Of a DNA stretch of 64,000 nucleotides, positions 50,980-63,414 are shown one piece after another. How positions within the stretch are numbered: position 1 is the stretch's first letter; every line of letters starts with the position of its first letter. The notes under the pieces were generated by a model. It was given only the letters and a program-made list of their open reading frames with translations. It did not search any database and was not told the origin of the DNA. The stretch covers positions 120,964,001 through 121,028,000 of the forward strand of contig NC_087436.1 in assembly GCF_036321535.1 (NCBI RefSeq). Reading direction: 5' to 3'. Origin of the DNA: Camelus dromedarius. Taxonomy: Eukaryota. A program made the translations under genes and the position numbers.

Positions 50980-51597
50980 TTTTAAATTGAAATATAGTTA
51001 ATTCATAGTATTGTTAGATTCAGGTGTACAGCAAAGTGATTCAACTGCATATGTGTTTTTCAGATTCTGTTCCATTATAGGCTATTACAAGACAGTGGAT
51101 TATAGTTTCCCGTGATGTACGGTAGCTCCTTGTTGTTTATCTATTTTATACAAAGTAGTGTGTATGTGTTAATCCCAAATTCCTAATTTATCCCTCCTCC
51201 CCGCTTTCCCCTTTGGAAACCATAAGTTTTTTTTGTGAGTCTGTTTCTGTTTCATAAATAAGTTCATTTGTGTCATATTTTTAGATTCCATATATATTTG
51301 ATATCACATGGCATTTGTCTTTCTCTGTCTGACGTACCTCACTTAGTATGATCATCTCCATGTTGCTGCAAATGGCATTATTTCATTCTTCTTTTATGTC
51401 TGAGCAGTGTTCTGTGTACACCACGTCGTCTTCATTCAATCATCTATCAGTAGACGTTTGGGTTGCTTCCTAAATTGTAAATAATGCTGCTGTGAATATT
51501 GGGGTGTGTGTGTGTCTTTTCAAATTAGAGTTTTCATCTCTTCCAGATATACGCCCAGGAGTGGGATTGCTGGATCATATGGTAGTTCTGTTTTCAA
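50980..51597 (-). mobile_element. Cetartiodactyl-type L1 3' end, about 620 bp, 5'-truncated
   Basis: aattgaaatatagtt...caggtgtacagcaaagtgattca...ttccattataggctattacaaga...gttaatcccaaattcctaatttatccctcc...cccaggagtgggattgctggatcatatggtagttct. Confidence 0.9.
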
Positions 51598-54174
51598 TTC
51601 AAAAATGTAGTTTTTGAACAAAATAATTCCACAGGTGGACAATACAGACTTGTCACAGCTGAGAAGCAGAACCGGCGATGTGTAGGACAGAAGGTGCTCC
51701 CCAGAACAGAGAGCAGGTTAAGAGAGCAGGTTAGTGGCACGAAGGCCGCTTTGCGGGGAGCCCAGCACAGAACCAGAATTGGTGCAGGCGAGAAGAGAGC
51801 CCGGGGGCCGGTTCTCAGAGGATGACGGCGTTCTCCGAGAGGGCGGGAAAAGGAGTCCTCGGGTGGAAGACAGAAGGCGTGCAGTGGGCTGAGCAGGTGA
51901 GACAGGAGGGCGCGCACAGCCTGCAAGTCCCCCCAGAGGCGCCGGCACGCTCGGACCAGAGGCCGCCTTCCCATCAGCAGCAACAGAGGCCAGAAAAGGG
52001 GGAGCACGCGGTCCCGGTCTGGAGAAAAGCGCGGCCCAGCGTCAGGGGCGCAGAGCTCCCAGCTGCCACCCACGCCCCCGGCTGAGACGCCTCCAGCCTG
52101 GGAGAGGAGGCCAGGCCCCGCGGGAGGCGCGCTCCCCCCCCCCCCACCGCTCGCAGTGCCCCCCTGCGCCTCAGCGTCTCCCGGGATTTCTCCTGGGAAA
52201 CAAAGAACATCGTTGTTTCCGACTCAGAGAGGAGGCCCAACCAGCGACGGCCGAGGCCTGGCCGGCGATCACGTCCCCAGATGAGGGATTCTGCGGCAGC
52301 ACGGAACCACAGTCCCCAAAGCACGAGCCAATTACACATAGATCTCCCGCACCAACAGCTCGGCCGGAGCCACAGGCAAACCCTTATTTATAAAGAAAAG
52401 TGCACAGACTCACTTTCGTTTGCATCAGGTGGGGGCTGAGCTGCTCAGATTCTGCGGCGGCCCGAGGGAACCCGTCTCGGCTCATGCATTATGCAGCTTC
52501 CCCAAATCAGACAGCCTGTGGCCGCCTCCTGTTCTCTGATTTTGATAAAAAGAGCTCTGGGCAGCCGTGGTGACAGGGGTGTGAGTTTGTCTAAATTATT
52601 TAGGGGAGGGGATGCGGGCTTGGGGGCAGGAGGTGATGACCATCTCTTTAGCGACTCCTTTCCATCGGGAGCTGCGGCTCCACAGAAGAGGGGCCACCCC
52701 TCCCACGTGGATGCTCTTGGCTCCAGTGCCCCAGCCCCACCCCCGGGAGACCAGGCTCCTCGGGGGTCTGCTAGCGGGCCGGGGTTGGACCCCCACCCTC
52801 CAGAGGGAAGAGGAGACTGGAGCAGCAAGAGGAGCCCCGCCCTCTTTTAGGCTCAGGTACCGGTGGAGGAGATCAGCCCCTGCCCTGTTTCTGCTTGTCT
52901 CCCACCGCCTCCCAGGACCCCCAAGACCACCGGACACCCAGAGCTGACCTCAGGCCTGATGGCAAAAGGGGACCAGGAAGCCCATGGGAGACGTGTCTGG
53001 GCCACAGGCCCCAACTTGGGAAGGACCTCCAGGTCACCCAGGTCCCAGTGTCTGACCACAGCCCAGGTCAGAGGCTGGACTGAGTGGCTCTCAGGGCCAG
53101 ACCCCGTCATTCTTTGGGGTTGCAGCCCAGAGGCCGGTGGGGCCAAGTTCGAGGCTCCAAAGCTTTTGAGGGCCCTAAGAATGGAAGGAGAATCATCATG
53201 AGAACCATTGGAAGGGTCTAGTGGGACGTGAGGCAGAGAATCACCCCTCCTCCCTCCTGCTCTCCCCCCTCCCTCCCCCCACCTCCTCCCCTCCCGTCCT
53301 TCCCCTCCCACCTCCTCTTCTCTGCAACCTGAACTTCTGTTTCTTGGGGAGCCCAGGTTTCACTCCCTGAGATAGGGCTTGTCTTCTCACTCACCAGGGG
53401 GACCCAGGCCAGCTGGAGCATCCTCGGGGGAGGAGTGAGGATCAGATGAATTCTGGACATGGCGCTCCTGTTCCAGACCAGTGTCCTGGGAGAGGAGCAG
53501 AGAGCTGTGGGGCCTCCTCATCCACAGGGTGCAGACGAGACCCTGAGTCTCCGCTGGTCCCCAGGGCCCCGGGCAGCAGAGAGGACTGTGCACACGTGCA
53601 GTCAGACATCAGCAGCCGCCACTCTGGGCCACGCAGCACAGACGCAGGTCTTTCCTGTCTGTCTCCTTGGGGGTCCTGCCCCCTCTCCCAGGCTCCCGGC
53701 TCCCCTGCCTCTTCCCTCCCAACCCTGCCCAGAGGGGACCTTGCTCTAAGGATGCTCGGGGCTGCCTGCCACACTGGAAGGTTCCAGCAGGGGTAGTGGG
53801 GGTGCCCATCCCAAGGTGACTAGGCATTGAATCCACGGGATGATCTGTGGAGGTGCCAGCACTGATGTCCTGCCCTCTTAGTGGCCCGGGCTCTGTCCTG
53901 CTCGCTCAGCACTGGGGGGGTTGCCCGCTGCCCAGAGATCAACAAGGAAACCAGGCGGAGCTGACATCAGAGGATCCCAGGACACGGCTGTGTGCTCTCA
54001 GAGGTCCGCCATCCTCCCAGCAGACCTGGGGCCACAACATGGCAAGTCGGGGTAGAGTCCAGACATGAGCCCTTGAGGCTTCCTCAGTGTCCCCTCCAAG
54101 GGCCCCTCAGCCCTGCTGCCCAAGCCCCATTCCACATGCCTGTTACCTGCTGACTCGGCACATTTCACAAACTC

Positions 54175-54280
54175 CACCATCCTCAGTTTTCTTACCTGTA
54201 AAATGGGGATGACGAGGATCACGGGGTCACCCCAGGGCACACCTGACCCCCAGTGAATGCCCAGTAAACATTAGCTTAAA
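54175..54280 (+). mobile_element. MIR fragment
   Basis: cctcagttttcttacctgtaaaatggggatgacg...cagtaaacattagct. Confidence 0.7.
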
Positions 54281-55480
54281 ATAGAGCCAGAAACAGTAAA
54301 AACAGAGCCCCCACCCAGAGCAGGGTCTGCTCCTGGCGGGGGCGTTTGTCAAGCAGCTCCCAGTGGAGCCCATCTCCATGGCAACGCGGAGGGGCACCTG
54401 CTCCATAGATGCGCGTGTCTAGTTACTTCCCACTGCAGACCCCTTCCCCCATTAATCCCAAATCCCTCACCTCTGCACCCGCCCCCCACGGGGTCTCCTG
54501 CCCCTCCGGAGTCCGCAGCCCCAGGCCTCTGCCTGGGTCTCCTCCCCGCCAACCTGAGTGAAACACCTACTATGTGCAGGCACGTGGTACCTTTTCTGAC
54601 CTCAGCCCTGCAGCCCAGCTGCCACTGCTGAACCCATGTTACAGCTGGGGAAATGGAGGTCCAGGGAGGCTAGGGGCAGCTCGAGAGAGGCAGAGCCTGG
54701 ATTCCCACCCAGGCCTGACTGAGTCGACAGCTCAGGCTCAGTGCCCGGCCCCAGGCTGCCTTCCCATGGAGGGGGCACCCGGCAGGCTGCCGCCCAGGGA
54801 GCTCCAAGGGGCCGGGCCCTGGTGCAAAGCCAGAACTTGCCCACAAGCACCCAAGGGCTAAGTGCTTGGCAGGTGAGGAGAGCAGGCAAAGTACAAAGAA
54901 GATGCTGCACCAATGCCCAGACGAGCAGAACATGAAAAATTAATCACGCTGCTCACTCTGTACCAGAGTAGAATTCACTGAGCCAGTTGTCATTTTCCAG
55001 AGCCTCTGGGTGTGGAGGACACTCGGAGGGACTGAGGTCTGCCCCGGCTGATGGGGCCCTCTTCCCCAGAGGCAGCTTCCCGGCAAACCCCCACCCGGCC
55101 CCAGGGGAGCTGGGACTGTCCTGGGGATTCAGACCAGTGGTTACCCCTCCCCCAGCTCAGCAGGTCCAGGCTCCCTCAGGTCCCTCTGCTCTTCTCCGAG
55201 GACCACACACCCACAGCCGCAACAGATTATCATCGTAACAGTGAAACAGCCATGATGGCAACTCCAGAGCCCGCGTCTTTCTGTCTGTCCGCGTTGGACA
55301 GAGTCTCCACGGGGCCGATCCGCCCCACAGCGGCATTACTCGCATCTGACAGATAAGGAGCCCTGAGGCTCGGGGCGGTGAGGTCCCCGGGCTTAGTCTC
55401 GCAGCTGGATTCCAGCCCTGGCTGGCCGAGGCCAGAGCCCTGGACCTGCATCCTGCCCTCTGGGTCCTCTCCCAGAAAGC

Positions 55481-55698
55481 CACATGCACGCGCACGCGCA
55501 CTCGCACACACACACTTGTGCTCCAGGAAAAGAACGTACCTGTCATGAAGAACCCAAGACTCCCACTTCCCACCTCCTCCAGGGAGCCTGCCTGGAGCTC
55601 CCTGACTCACCCCTCTCTCCTGCTGGCAGGAGGGGATTCCCTTCTTGTATCCAACACACACACAAACACACAGAAACACACACAAACACACACACACC
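55481..55698. repeat. Two (CA)n-rich tracts, 55481-55515 and 55654-55698
   Basis: cacatgcacgcgcacgcgcactcgcacacacacac; acacacacacaaacacacagaaacacacacaaacacacacacac. Confidence 0.85.
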
Positions 55699-57349
55699 CA
55701 GGGCTGCCTCTGGCGTCTACTTTACCTGAACCCAGGGTTCTGTGGACAGACCTCTGGTGTGAGGCTGAACAGGGTCCCCACTTCCCAAAAGCTGGACCCA
55801 GCTTCTATGAGGCAGACGCAATCCTGGACAGACCTGGAGCCCTGAATACTCATGACTGCGGACCGAGGACCCTCAGCTCAGAGCAGCTGTGGGAGAACCA
55901 AACATCTGAATTCTTTGAGTACTGTGTTTAGAGTCTCCTTGGTAAAGCAGCTTACATTTACCCCAAATACGAACCCACGATGCTAAAGAATGTCGTGAGA
56001 TCAGGTCCATCTTCATCAGTTTTAATAAATAGGGGAAATGTAATATACATGGGGAATTTGTTTATTAAGCATGTATTTGTTTATGAATTACTGATCTGTG
56101 TTTGTCTTCCAAAGAAGAGAAGATGTTTATAGGAAACCGAATCAACGGACCGGACCTGAGAAAGCCGAGACTCATCAAGATTGGGACGAGGGAACAGTTC
56201 TGGATCTGCCCCCAACCCCAAGCGGCCACAGTGCCCTTAACATGGCACCCCTCAGCCCGTAGCCTAGAAGGCTGCCTCCTTCAATATCCCTGGCTGGGTC
56301 GGGAGCCCCGGGGAGCAGGAGCCAAAGACAGCATCACAGGGGAGCGTGCGGTGCCGGGAGCAGAGCGGAGGACGCCAAGGACCCAGGCGGGCGTGAGGAG
56401 CCCTGTGCTTCAAAGATGCAGACTCCACCTACGCGCAAGAGCTACAGGTCTGGGGACACACCGGGTCCCTGCTGTAACGCCCGAGTGTCCAGGCCTCCGG
56501 GTCACCCTGTGTGGCCCAGTCAGTGCTACTGGAACTCCAGGATGTGACACCATCCCCCCCCCGCCCCCGCCCCGCCCCACCCCGCAAAGGTAGCTCCAGG
56601 CAGGTGGGAGACAGAGGGGGAGGGGGAGGCGCAGATACCGCCCGGAAACAAGTATGAACACGTTACTCTGTAACTGCTTGACACGCTCAGTTTGTGGTTT
56701 TGTCTACTTTTTGAAGTATTTAAGGCAATAAGGAGACAAACCAATTGATCTTGTGATTTTCATGGAATGTTTAGTCGAGCTGGATTGGATAACATTTGTG
56801 ATCAATGTGCAAGTATCTGGGGAAATTTCACCTGTGGAATTCGTGTTCTGGTTTACCAGCGGGGTAAGTCATGTGTCAATATTTACAGGAATGTTGGCTG
56901 TTTGCTGTCTTCAAGGATTATTTGACTTTTATAGACTCAGAAGAGGAGTAAGGTGGCAGCAAACCCTTGGCACCTGGGTCCTGGGCCCTGCGACCCTGAG
57001 CCTCTGGCGATGCCCTGCACGTCCGGCCTCAGCTGGCTCTCCCCTCGCCTGGACCGCCTCCTGGGACCTCTTCCTCGGGTCTGGCCCTACTCAGCCTCCA
57101 AGGCCAGCTCCAGAACCCCACCTCCTGTGCCACCCAAGCTCCCTGAGGGCAGGGATGGCTCTGGGTACGGAGAGGGGGCTCAGGAGACAATGGCGGAGTG
57201 GTGGGTAAGTGGGGGGGGAAGGAAGCCACAGGAGACCACAGAGAGCAGAGACGCCATCGGCAGTGCTCCCTAAACCCATCCACCCACTCAGCACATCCCC
57301 ACCAGGATCCCAGCAACGTCTTTGTAGAAATTAATGAACTTTGTAAAAT

Positions 57350-57495
57350 GAGGGGGAGGGTGTATAGCTCAGCGGAAGAGCACATGCTTAGCGTGCACGT
57401 GAGCGTGGGTTCGATCCCCAGCACCTCCATTAAGTTTAAATAAATAAGTAAATAAATAAACCTAACTACCTCCCCACCCCCCCCAAAAAAGCTTT
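57350..57495 (+). mobile_element. Camelid-type tRNA-derived SINE (Vic-1-like) with 13-bp TSD
   Basis: ggggagggtgtatagctcag head; A box TAGCTCAGCGG 57365-57375; B box GGTTCGATCCC 57408-57418; tail taaataaataaacctaactacctcccc; TSD aactttgtaaaat at 57337-57349 and 57496-57508. Confidence 0.88.
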
Positions 57496-58029
57496 AACTT
57501 TGTAAAATTAATAAATTTTAGAAATTCTAAAGGTGAAGCCATGTGCAGGGGTGGGGCGCCAAAGGTCACCAGAGCGTCCAGGGTGGACAGGAAGTTGCTG
57601 GAGATGCGGCTGGCCAGTCCAGGGGCTCTGGACACCCACTAGGGAGCTGGACCTCCGCCAGGTGCTGAGGGTCTTTGGAGGGCCAGTGGGGAGGGGGTCA
57701 GTGTTGCATGTTTCAAAGGTAGCCTGCAACACAGGGCGACACAGGAGAGTGCCTTCCCCCCAAAGAACAGCCAGCCCTGCTGGTGAGCTGGCCAGCCGTC
57801 TCCACCACACGTCTTCCCTTAGCTGCCCCCGCCTCCAGAGAACACACCTAGGGGATTCTGACCTCCCCCTGGGCTCCACTGAGGCTCCCCAGCCTGGCAG
57901 ACAGAGAGGCTGCCCAGGGCTGACCCCTGATGGTGTCACCTACCAGATGAGTGATGGGGCCAGCCCCTCTCCCCTCCCTGCCTCAGCGTCCTCCCCTGTC
58001 GGGGGGCCACCGTGGCCTCAGTCTCAGCG

Positions 58030-58400
58030 CCGGCGCGGGGTAAATATTAAACACTCCATAGACGTCAGCAGTTTTCATTGCATAAAATCTGTGTGTTAAC
58101 GAGGCTCCTGCATAATTTGAGAGGCTGCTTCCTGCCTCGGCTAAATTTTAATATTTAGAGGGGAAACTAAGCTTTTTATTTTTATTGGGGAAGAGATTTA
58201 ATTCTCAGTCTTTGGGAAACAAGAAAGCAGGACTGTCTCTTTTTAAGAGAATCCGCTGCCCTGAATCAAGCGGAACATCAAATTATCTTAATGGCTGTTA
58301 CGTAAAGTGCACACTTAGTCATTTTCTCTTCCTCAAACTGTCTGAAATGGAGACTTTTTCTAGCTCACACGTGGGACTGGAATGAGCCGGGACGCATTTT
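58030..58400. promoter_or_regulatory. Candidate enhancer: AT-rich non-repeat island with bZIP/forkhead motifs
   Basis: GTAAATA 58040, GACGTCA 58061, ATTGCATAA 58077, TTACGTAA 58298-58305. Confidence 0.4.
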
Positions 58401-60564
58401 CGCGTCAAGAAAATCACCAGCAAGTGTCGTGCAGCTGGCAGCCCTAAAGCCCCAGTACCCGCAGGGGCGACACCACCCAGGCGCCCGCGGCCCCGCGCTG
58501 TCCCCGCTGGGCTTCACCGAGCTTGGGGGTGGGGGTGGCCATCCAGAGTCGGCAGGTGAGCCGAACTGCGGACCGAAACACCGAGGCGCCTTTGGCCTAA
58601 TGCTCACTAGGCGTCAGCCACTTGGCCCCAGGACCAGAGCCCCCCCGGGCTTCCCACGTTTTGCTTTTGAATTCAGTCCATGGAGATGGACCTGAGGGTG
58701 TTCAAAGATGGCGCGTGCTCTGCGCGGCACTCCCACCTCGGGGAAGCGGCTGAGCTGGTGTCCTGGCCAGCAGAGTGAATATCCAACTTGGTCCCCACGG
58801 CTGCGGCAGCTGCCCGGAAGCTGGACAGTGAACGGCCCCCCACCCCCCACGCCGCTCCGCCTTTGACGTGGACCGAGCGCGGGCAGCTGCAGACTGTGGC
58901 CTCCCAGAGAGACGCTGAGTTCCCGTGCGGCACCGGGCCCCCGAGCCTGGGCGGGCATGCCTCTCCTCCTCCCTCCCTTCATTCGTTGTGGGGATGTCCA
59001 TCCAGCGCCCTCCGTGGGCCGGCCGTGGGGAGCCGGAGGAGGCAGCAGAGGGTAAATCAACAGTTCAGACAGGGCAGGGCTCCAACCAGGCCCACCTTTG
59101 CCCCGAGTCCCCTGAGGCGCCATCCCTGGACATGAGCTGGCAGTGGTGCCTGGTGGTCAGGTTGCCGTGAGCACAGAGTGGTGACCCCCAGGAAGTCACG
59201 CACAGCGAGCAGGCACATGGGAGGTGCTCAGCAAACAGAGTCCACTGTCCACGCACGGCCTTCAGGGCTCGCAGGCTTGCAGGGGAGACAGGCAGGGACG
59301 AGGATGGTGAGGAGTGACAGGACCTGGGGTAGACCATGTACAAGGCCAGGGGAGGCACGAGAGGGCAGGGTCAGCTGCACGGGGCGGGGGTCAGGCCAAG
59401 GGACAGCCTCCAAAGATAGGAAAGGGGGCCCTTGGTGGGGTCTGGAGACGAGCCTTCCTGCCAGGCGGGCAGTGGGGAGATGGCGATTCCAGGCTTGGGG
59501 CTCAGCATAAGCAGGAGCTTGAAGGCTCATAACCTCAAGCGCTGTTTGGGACCTGCCACCGAGGGCGCGCATGGGACAGAACACGTGGGACCTTGCCCCT
59601 GGGCCAGGCTTTGGGGAGGGCCATGGGGAGCCATGGAGGAGGTGTGAGCAGGGGAGTAACTGGTCGGAAGAGCGTCTGGGGCTGCAGATTTGGGGCAACC
59701 TGGACCATCCTACCTAGAGCAATGGATGGCGCAGGCGGAAGGTGAAGTCTGAGCCAAGGAAACACAGCTGCTCAGCGGTCACTGAAGCTCTACGTGCGGT
59801 CACTGCAGTCAGCCCTGTTGTCACAAAACAGGCCCTGCCTGACAGGCGTCCTCGGAAGCTGGACGTTTCACGGTGTTTACGCAGATCGTCTCACTTGGAT
59901 CTGGAACCGTCTTCCCATGCGTGTCCCACACCTGCACAAGCTGCTCTCTGGTTTCGAGTCAAACATCTGTGGGGTCGAGTCAGGGTGAACGTGCAGACCC
60001 CAGATCCCTCGTTCAGGGACTCGGGGATCCAGGGCCCTTGAACCACCTGTGTGTGTGGAACCCTCGTAGCGTTATTCCCAGGGTTTCCACTTTGAGGGCC
60101 CAAGTGCGAGCTGCAGACTAGGACCCTCCCGCCGGATCCTTGCTGCGACCCCGCCGCCCCACCCCAGGAGGCAGCTGCATCCACACCACAAGGCAGGTTT
60201 CTCGTCTCCAGCTCAGAACAGGCTGGCTTGAACTGAAAGAAGGGTGCTCTGATCGAGGAGCCTGGGGGCCCACGGGGTCCTTCCACACCAGGAGAAAGGC
60301 TCCCTCTGTGCCGCGCCCACCACCTTCTCTGAACACGGCCAGCAGCCAGGTCCTCCCGGCCTCAGCTCTGCCACCGGGCAGGGCTCACAGCCAGGGCCCC
60401 CTCGGCCGTTACCGCCTCCGTACGTTGGCCTGTGCTGCAGCGTGAGGGGTCAACCCAGAGCCGCAGGAGGACCTGCAGCCGGGGCCAGAGCCCTGCCAAC
60501 CCGCCAGCCGCCCCTTCCTGCTGTCAGTGCTGTCGCCTGTGGATGCAGCGGAAGGACTCGGATT

Positions 60565-60720
60565 TTTTTTTTTAATTGAAGTATAGATAGTTCACTGTTA
60601 CGTTGGTTGCTGGTGTACAGCGTAGCGGTTCAGCTGTACACATTTTCTTTTTCATTACAGGTTATTACAAGCTATTGCGTGTAGCTCCCCAGGCTGCATG
60701 GTAGGGCCTTGGTTTCCATC
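60565..60720 (-). mobile_element. Short cetartiodactyl-type L1 3'-end fragment
   Basis: Poly-T then aattgaagtatag...ggtgtacagcgtagcggttcag...cattacaggttattacaagctattg...tagggccttg. Confidence 0.8.
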
Positions 60721-60828
60721 CCACAAGCTGTGGTCCAGCACATCAACCCACAAGCTACTCTGGTCTTGACGCCCCGGCTGGAGGCCCCGCGCAGGAGCGC
60801 TCCTGCCCGCCATGGGCTCGGGTCCTCT

Positions 60829-60954
60829 AGGTCTGGCCCGCATCCGCCCCACACGCCCCGCAGCTCCGTGTTTTGGGTGGGTTTCCCCGGGGCCTCCAGG
60901 TCTGGCCACATCCGCCCCACACACCCCACAGCTCTGTTTTGGGTGGATTTCCCC
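60829..60954. repeat. Imperfect tandem duplication of about 60 bp
   Basis: aggtctggcccgcatccgccccacacgccccgcagctccgtgttttgggtgggtttcccc (60829-60888) versus aggtctggccacatccgccccacacaccccacagctctgttttgggtggatttcccc (60898-60954). Confidence 0.9.
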
Positions 60955-61399
60955 TGCAGGGCGGATCCAGCTGGGCCACTGCCATCAAACTGGGGCTTTG
61001 CCATCAGACATGGCTCATTTTACTCTTATCTCAGACTCAGGGGAACAACGACCAGAGAGCAAATCCGGCCAACGCCCGCGCCCCTCGGCGAGCTGTAGGG
61101 CTCCTGGCACCATCCATCCTGTCATGTCCCTCCCACGGGGCGCGGATGAGAAACACCCCGTGGCTGAGGCTTGCCCTGCACAGAAAAGGCTTGCTGATCT
61201 CTGCTCCATATTAGCAGATCTCTGGCCTTTCTAAACTGTCCTCTGCCCTGTGTTTGACTCTTCAGAGGCTCCCGGCCCGATGGGACAGCGTCCCAGCACC
61301 CCTCTCACGGGGCGCGGTGGCCTCTGCTGGCTTGGCCCCTGCCTCCTCCTGCTCTAGGAACACAGGACACTCCGGGCTCCCTGCTCTTAGCAGCCGGGT

Positions 61400-61750
61400 C
61401 TGGCCTCCACACCTTTGCTCACGGGGTCCCCTATTTTCTTCTGTTTCTTCCACTCCATCTGGGCCCCCACACCCCCACTCCTCAGGACTCAGCTTAAGGA
61501 AGAGGCTCCTCTGTCCCCTGTTACCGCTGTGTCGGGTGCCCCCTCTGCCCGCCCACAGCTCCCGGGCACCCGGTCCAGTCAGAAACCAGTATGTCTGTCT
61601 CTCCCACAAGGCAGCAAGCTCCTGGGACTGATCCCATCTGTGTGCCAGTCACCCAGCACAGCTGTGCACTCAGAGTGCTCATGTGGCCCGTGGATGGATG
61701 GACGATGGACGGATGGATACTGGGGTAGAATGATTGAACATTCATTTGGG
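61400..61750 (+). mobile_element. L2 3' region ending in a (TGGA)n tail
   Basis: acctttgctcacggggtccc...gtctctcccacaaggcagcaagctcct...cagagtgctca...tggatggatggacgatgg. Confidence 0.6.
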
Positions 61751-63414
61751 TGCCTGGCTGTCTTGAGACCTAAGGTTGTCTCAACCCTAAAGTGTTACCC
61801 ATGACCCAGCTCTGCCTCTAACAGCAATGCCATTGGCCTCAATCACAGACTCTCTTCCCCCACCCCACCCCCAAATGTTCAGGACCCCCTGGGGAACCGC
61901 TGAATCGGTTTTGTCTGCTCTCAAAGCCAATCCAAGGGCCGCTGAGCATCCTCCACCCCTCAAGCAGACATGTTTGGCAGACAACGGAGTTTTGCCATTT
62001 TCCTTCACTTGGGCTTCAATTCCCGGGTAATAACTCATGCTTACAGGAAAGCTGGACTTCTCAGTAATGATACTGAAATCAGATCCCGGGGCACTGGCCG
62101 TGCTGCAAGCGGGGAGGCCCAGCCTGCCGGTGAGATGCGTCTGCCCGGCAGCTCCGAGGGGGCTCTAGGTCTGAGGGGGAACTGACTCCTGGAAAGGCTC
62201 CTCCTGTGTGGGGCCCAGGGGTCCCTGGGAACTGGGCCGGGCCTCAGCTCCCTCCCAGTCCGCCTCCACCGTGCACAATAGACCAAAAGGAAACCCCAGC
62301 AGAGGTCTCCCACTCTCAGCCCGTGGGCACCCCTGCCCTCAGCCACACCCTGCCTGGCCCCGCATTGCACACGGAGGAGGCGTCTCTGAGCACACCCCCC
62401 ACCCCGCCAAAGGAGTGGCCCAGGGAGGAGTGGGACTGGCGCCCGCCCCCAGGAGCTGCAGTCCGCTGAGCAGACACGTCTGGAGAAAAAGAAGGCACCT
62501 GCTCTATGACTGCCACCCCCTCCAAGATGTGGTGCACAGGGACCCCACGATGTGGGCAGTACGTCCGTGACGCCTGGGAGTCGTGCCCCAGCTGCTCCGC
62601 ATCCCACGCCAGAGAAGCCCCGTGCCCTCGCTGACCGGCAAACGCAGAAGCAGCAATCACATCGCACTGGGCCCAGCACAGAGTGAAAACTCAGGGATGT
62701 TGCTCAAAGGTTGCTAACGATTCAAGATGGCCGACTCAAGCAGATCATCACTGAATCGGGCCCGGGGCCTCTTGAGTGTGGAGTCCCTGGGCTGCGGCCC
62801 CGATCGCAGCCCTCCGGTGGGGCCCTGTGCACTGCACAGGGTGCATCTCATAAACCGCACCTGGCTCTCACCTCCTTGCCGCCCCGCGCCCTGCATTCAA
62901 TGGTTATGGACAGTCACTCGGGCTCCCAGTCGGAGCCATCTTGCAGGCGGCCCATGCTGTGCGGGAGCAGGGACCCTCCACCTCCTGGCTCCAGCTCCCA
63001 CTACCCTCGGCCCCCCCCCCTTGGGTGGGCTGGCCTCAGGGGCTGTGCTGGCAGAGGTGCCCACCTTCCCGTGTCCTGGGGTTGTTGACCTGACCTGGCT
63101 GCCTGTCGGTGGTGATGGTTAATGTTGATAAAGTCCCCAGTGAGGTGGGGGCACGCCCGGCTTTGCCAGGACAGGTGTCCTTGTGGTTCCCAGGGATGGT
63201 CCTCTTCCCTTCTGGCTGGTCCGCTCCTTTTATCCCCTGCTCAGACCCGAAACCCTGCCGCGGGTCTCAGTGCTCAGCCGCAGGCAGCATCCCCTCCGCC
63301 GTCTGCAGAGGAAGGAGAGATGAGGATGCTGGGACTGGAGGGACCCCAGGCTCTCCCGCCGCCTGGGCCCATCACACCCCAACCCCACCCGCCCCAGCTC
63401 ACTCTGGGGGTCGC

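Noticed and set aside
57352..57430. tRNA gene
   Set aside because: Has A/B boxes but is followed by a SINE-type AT-rich tail and flanked by a TSD, with no convincing acceptor stem: a tRNA-derived SINE.
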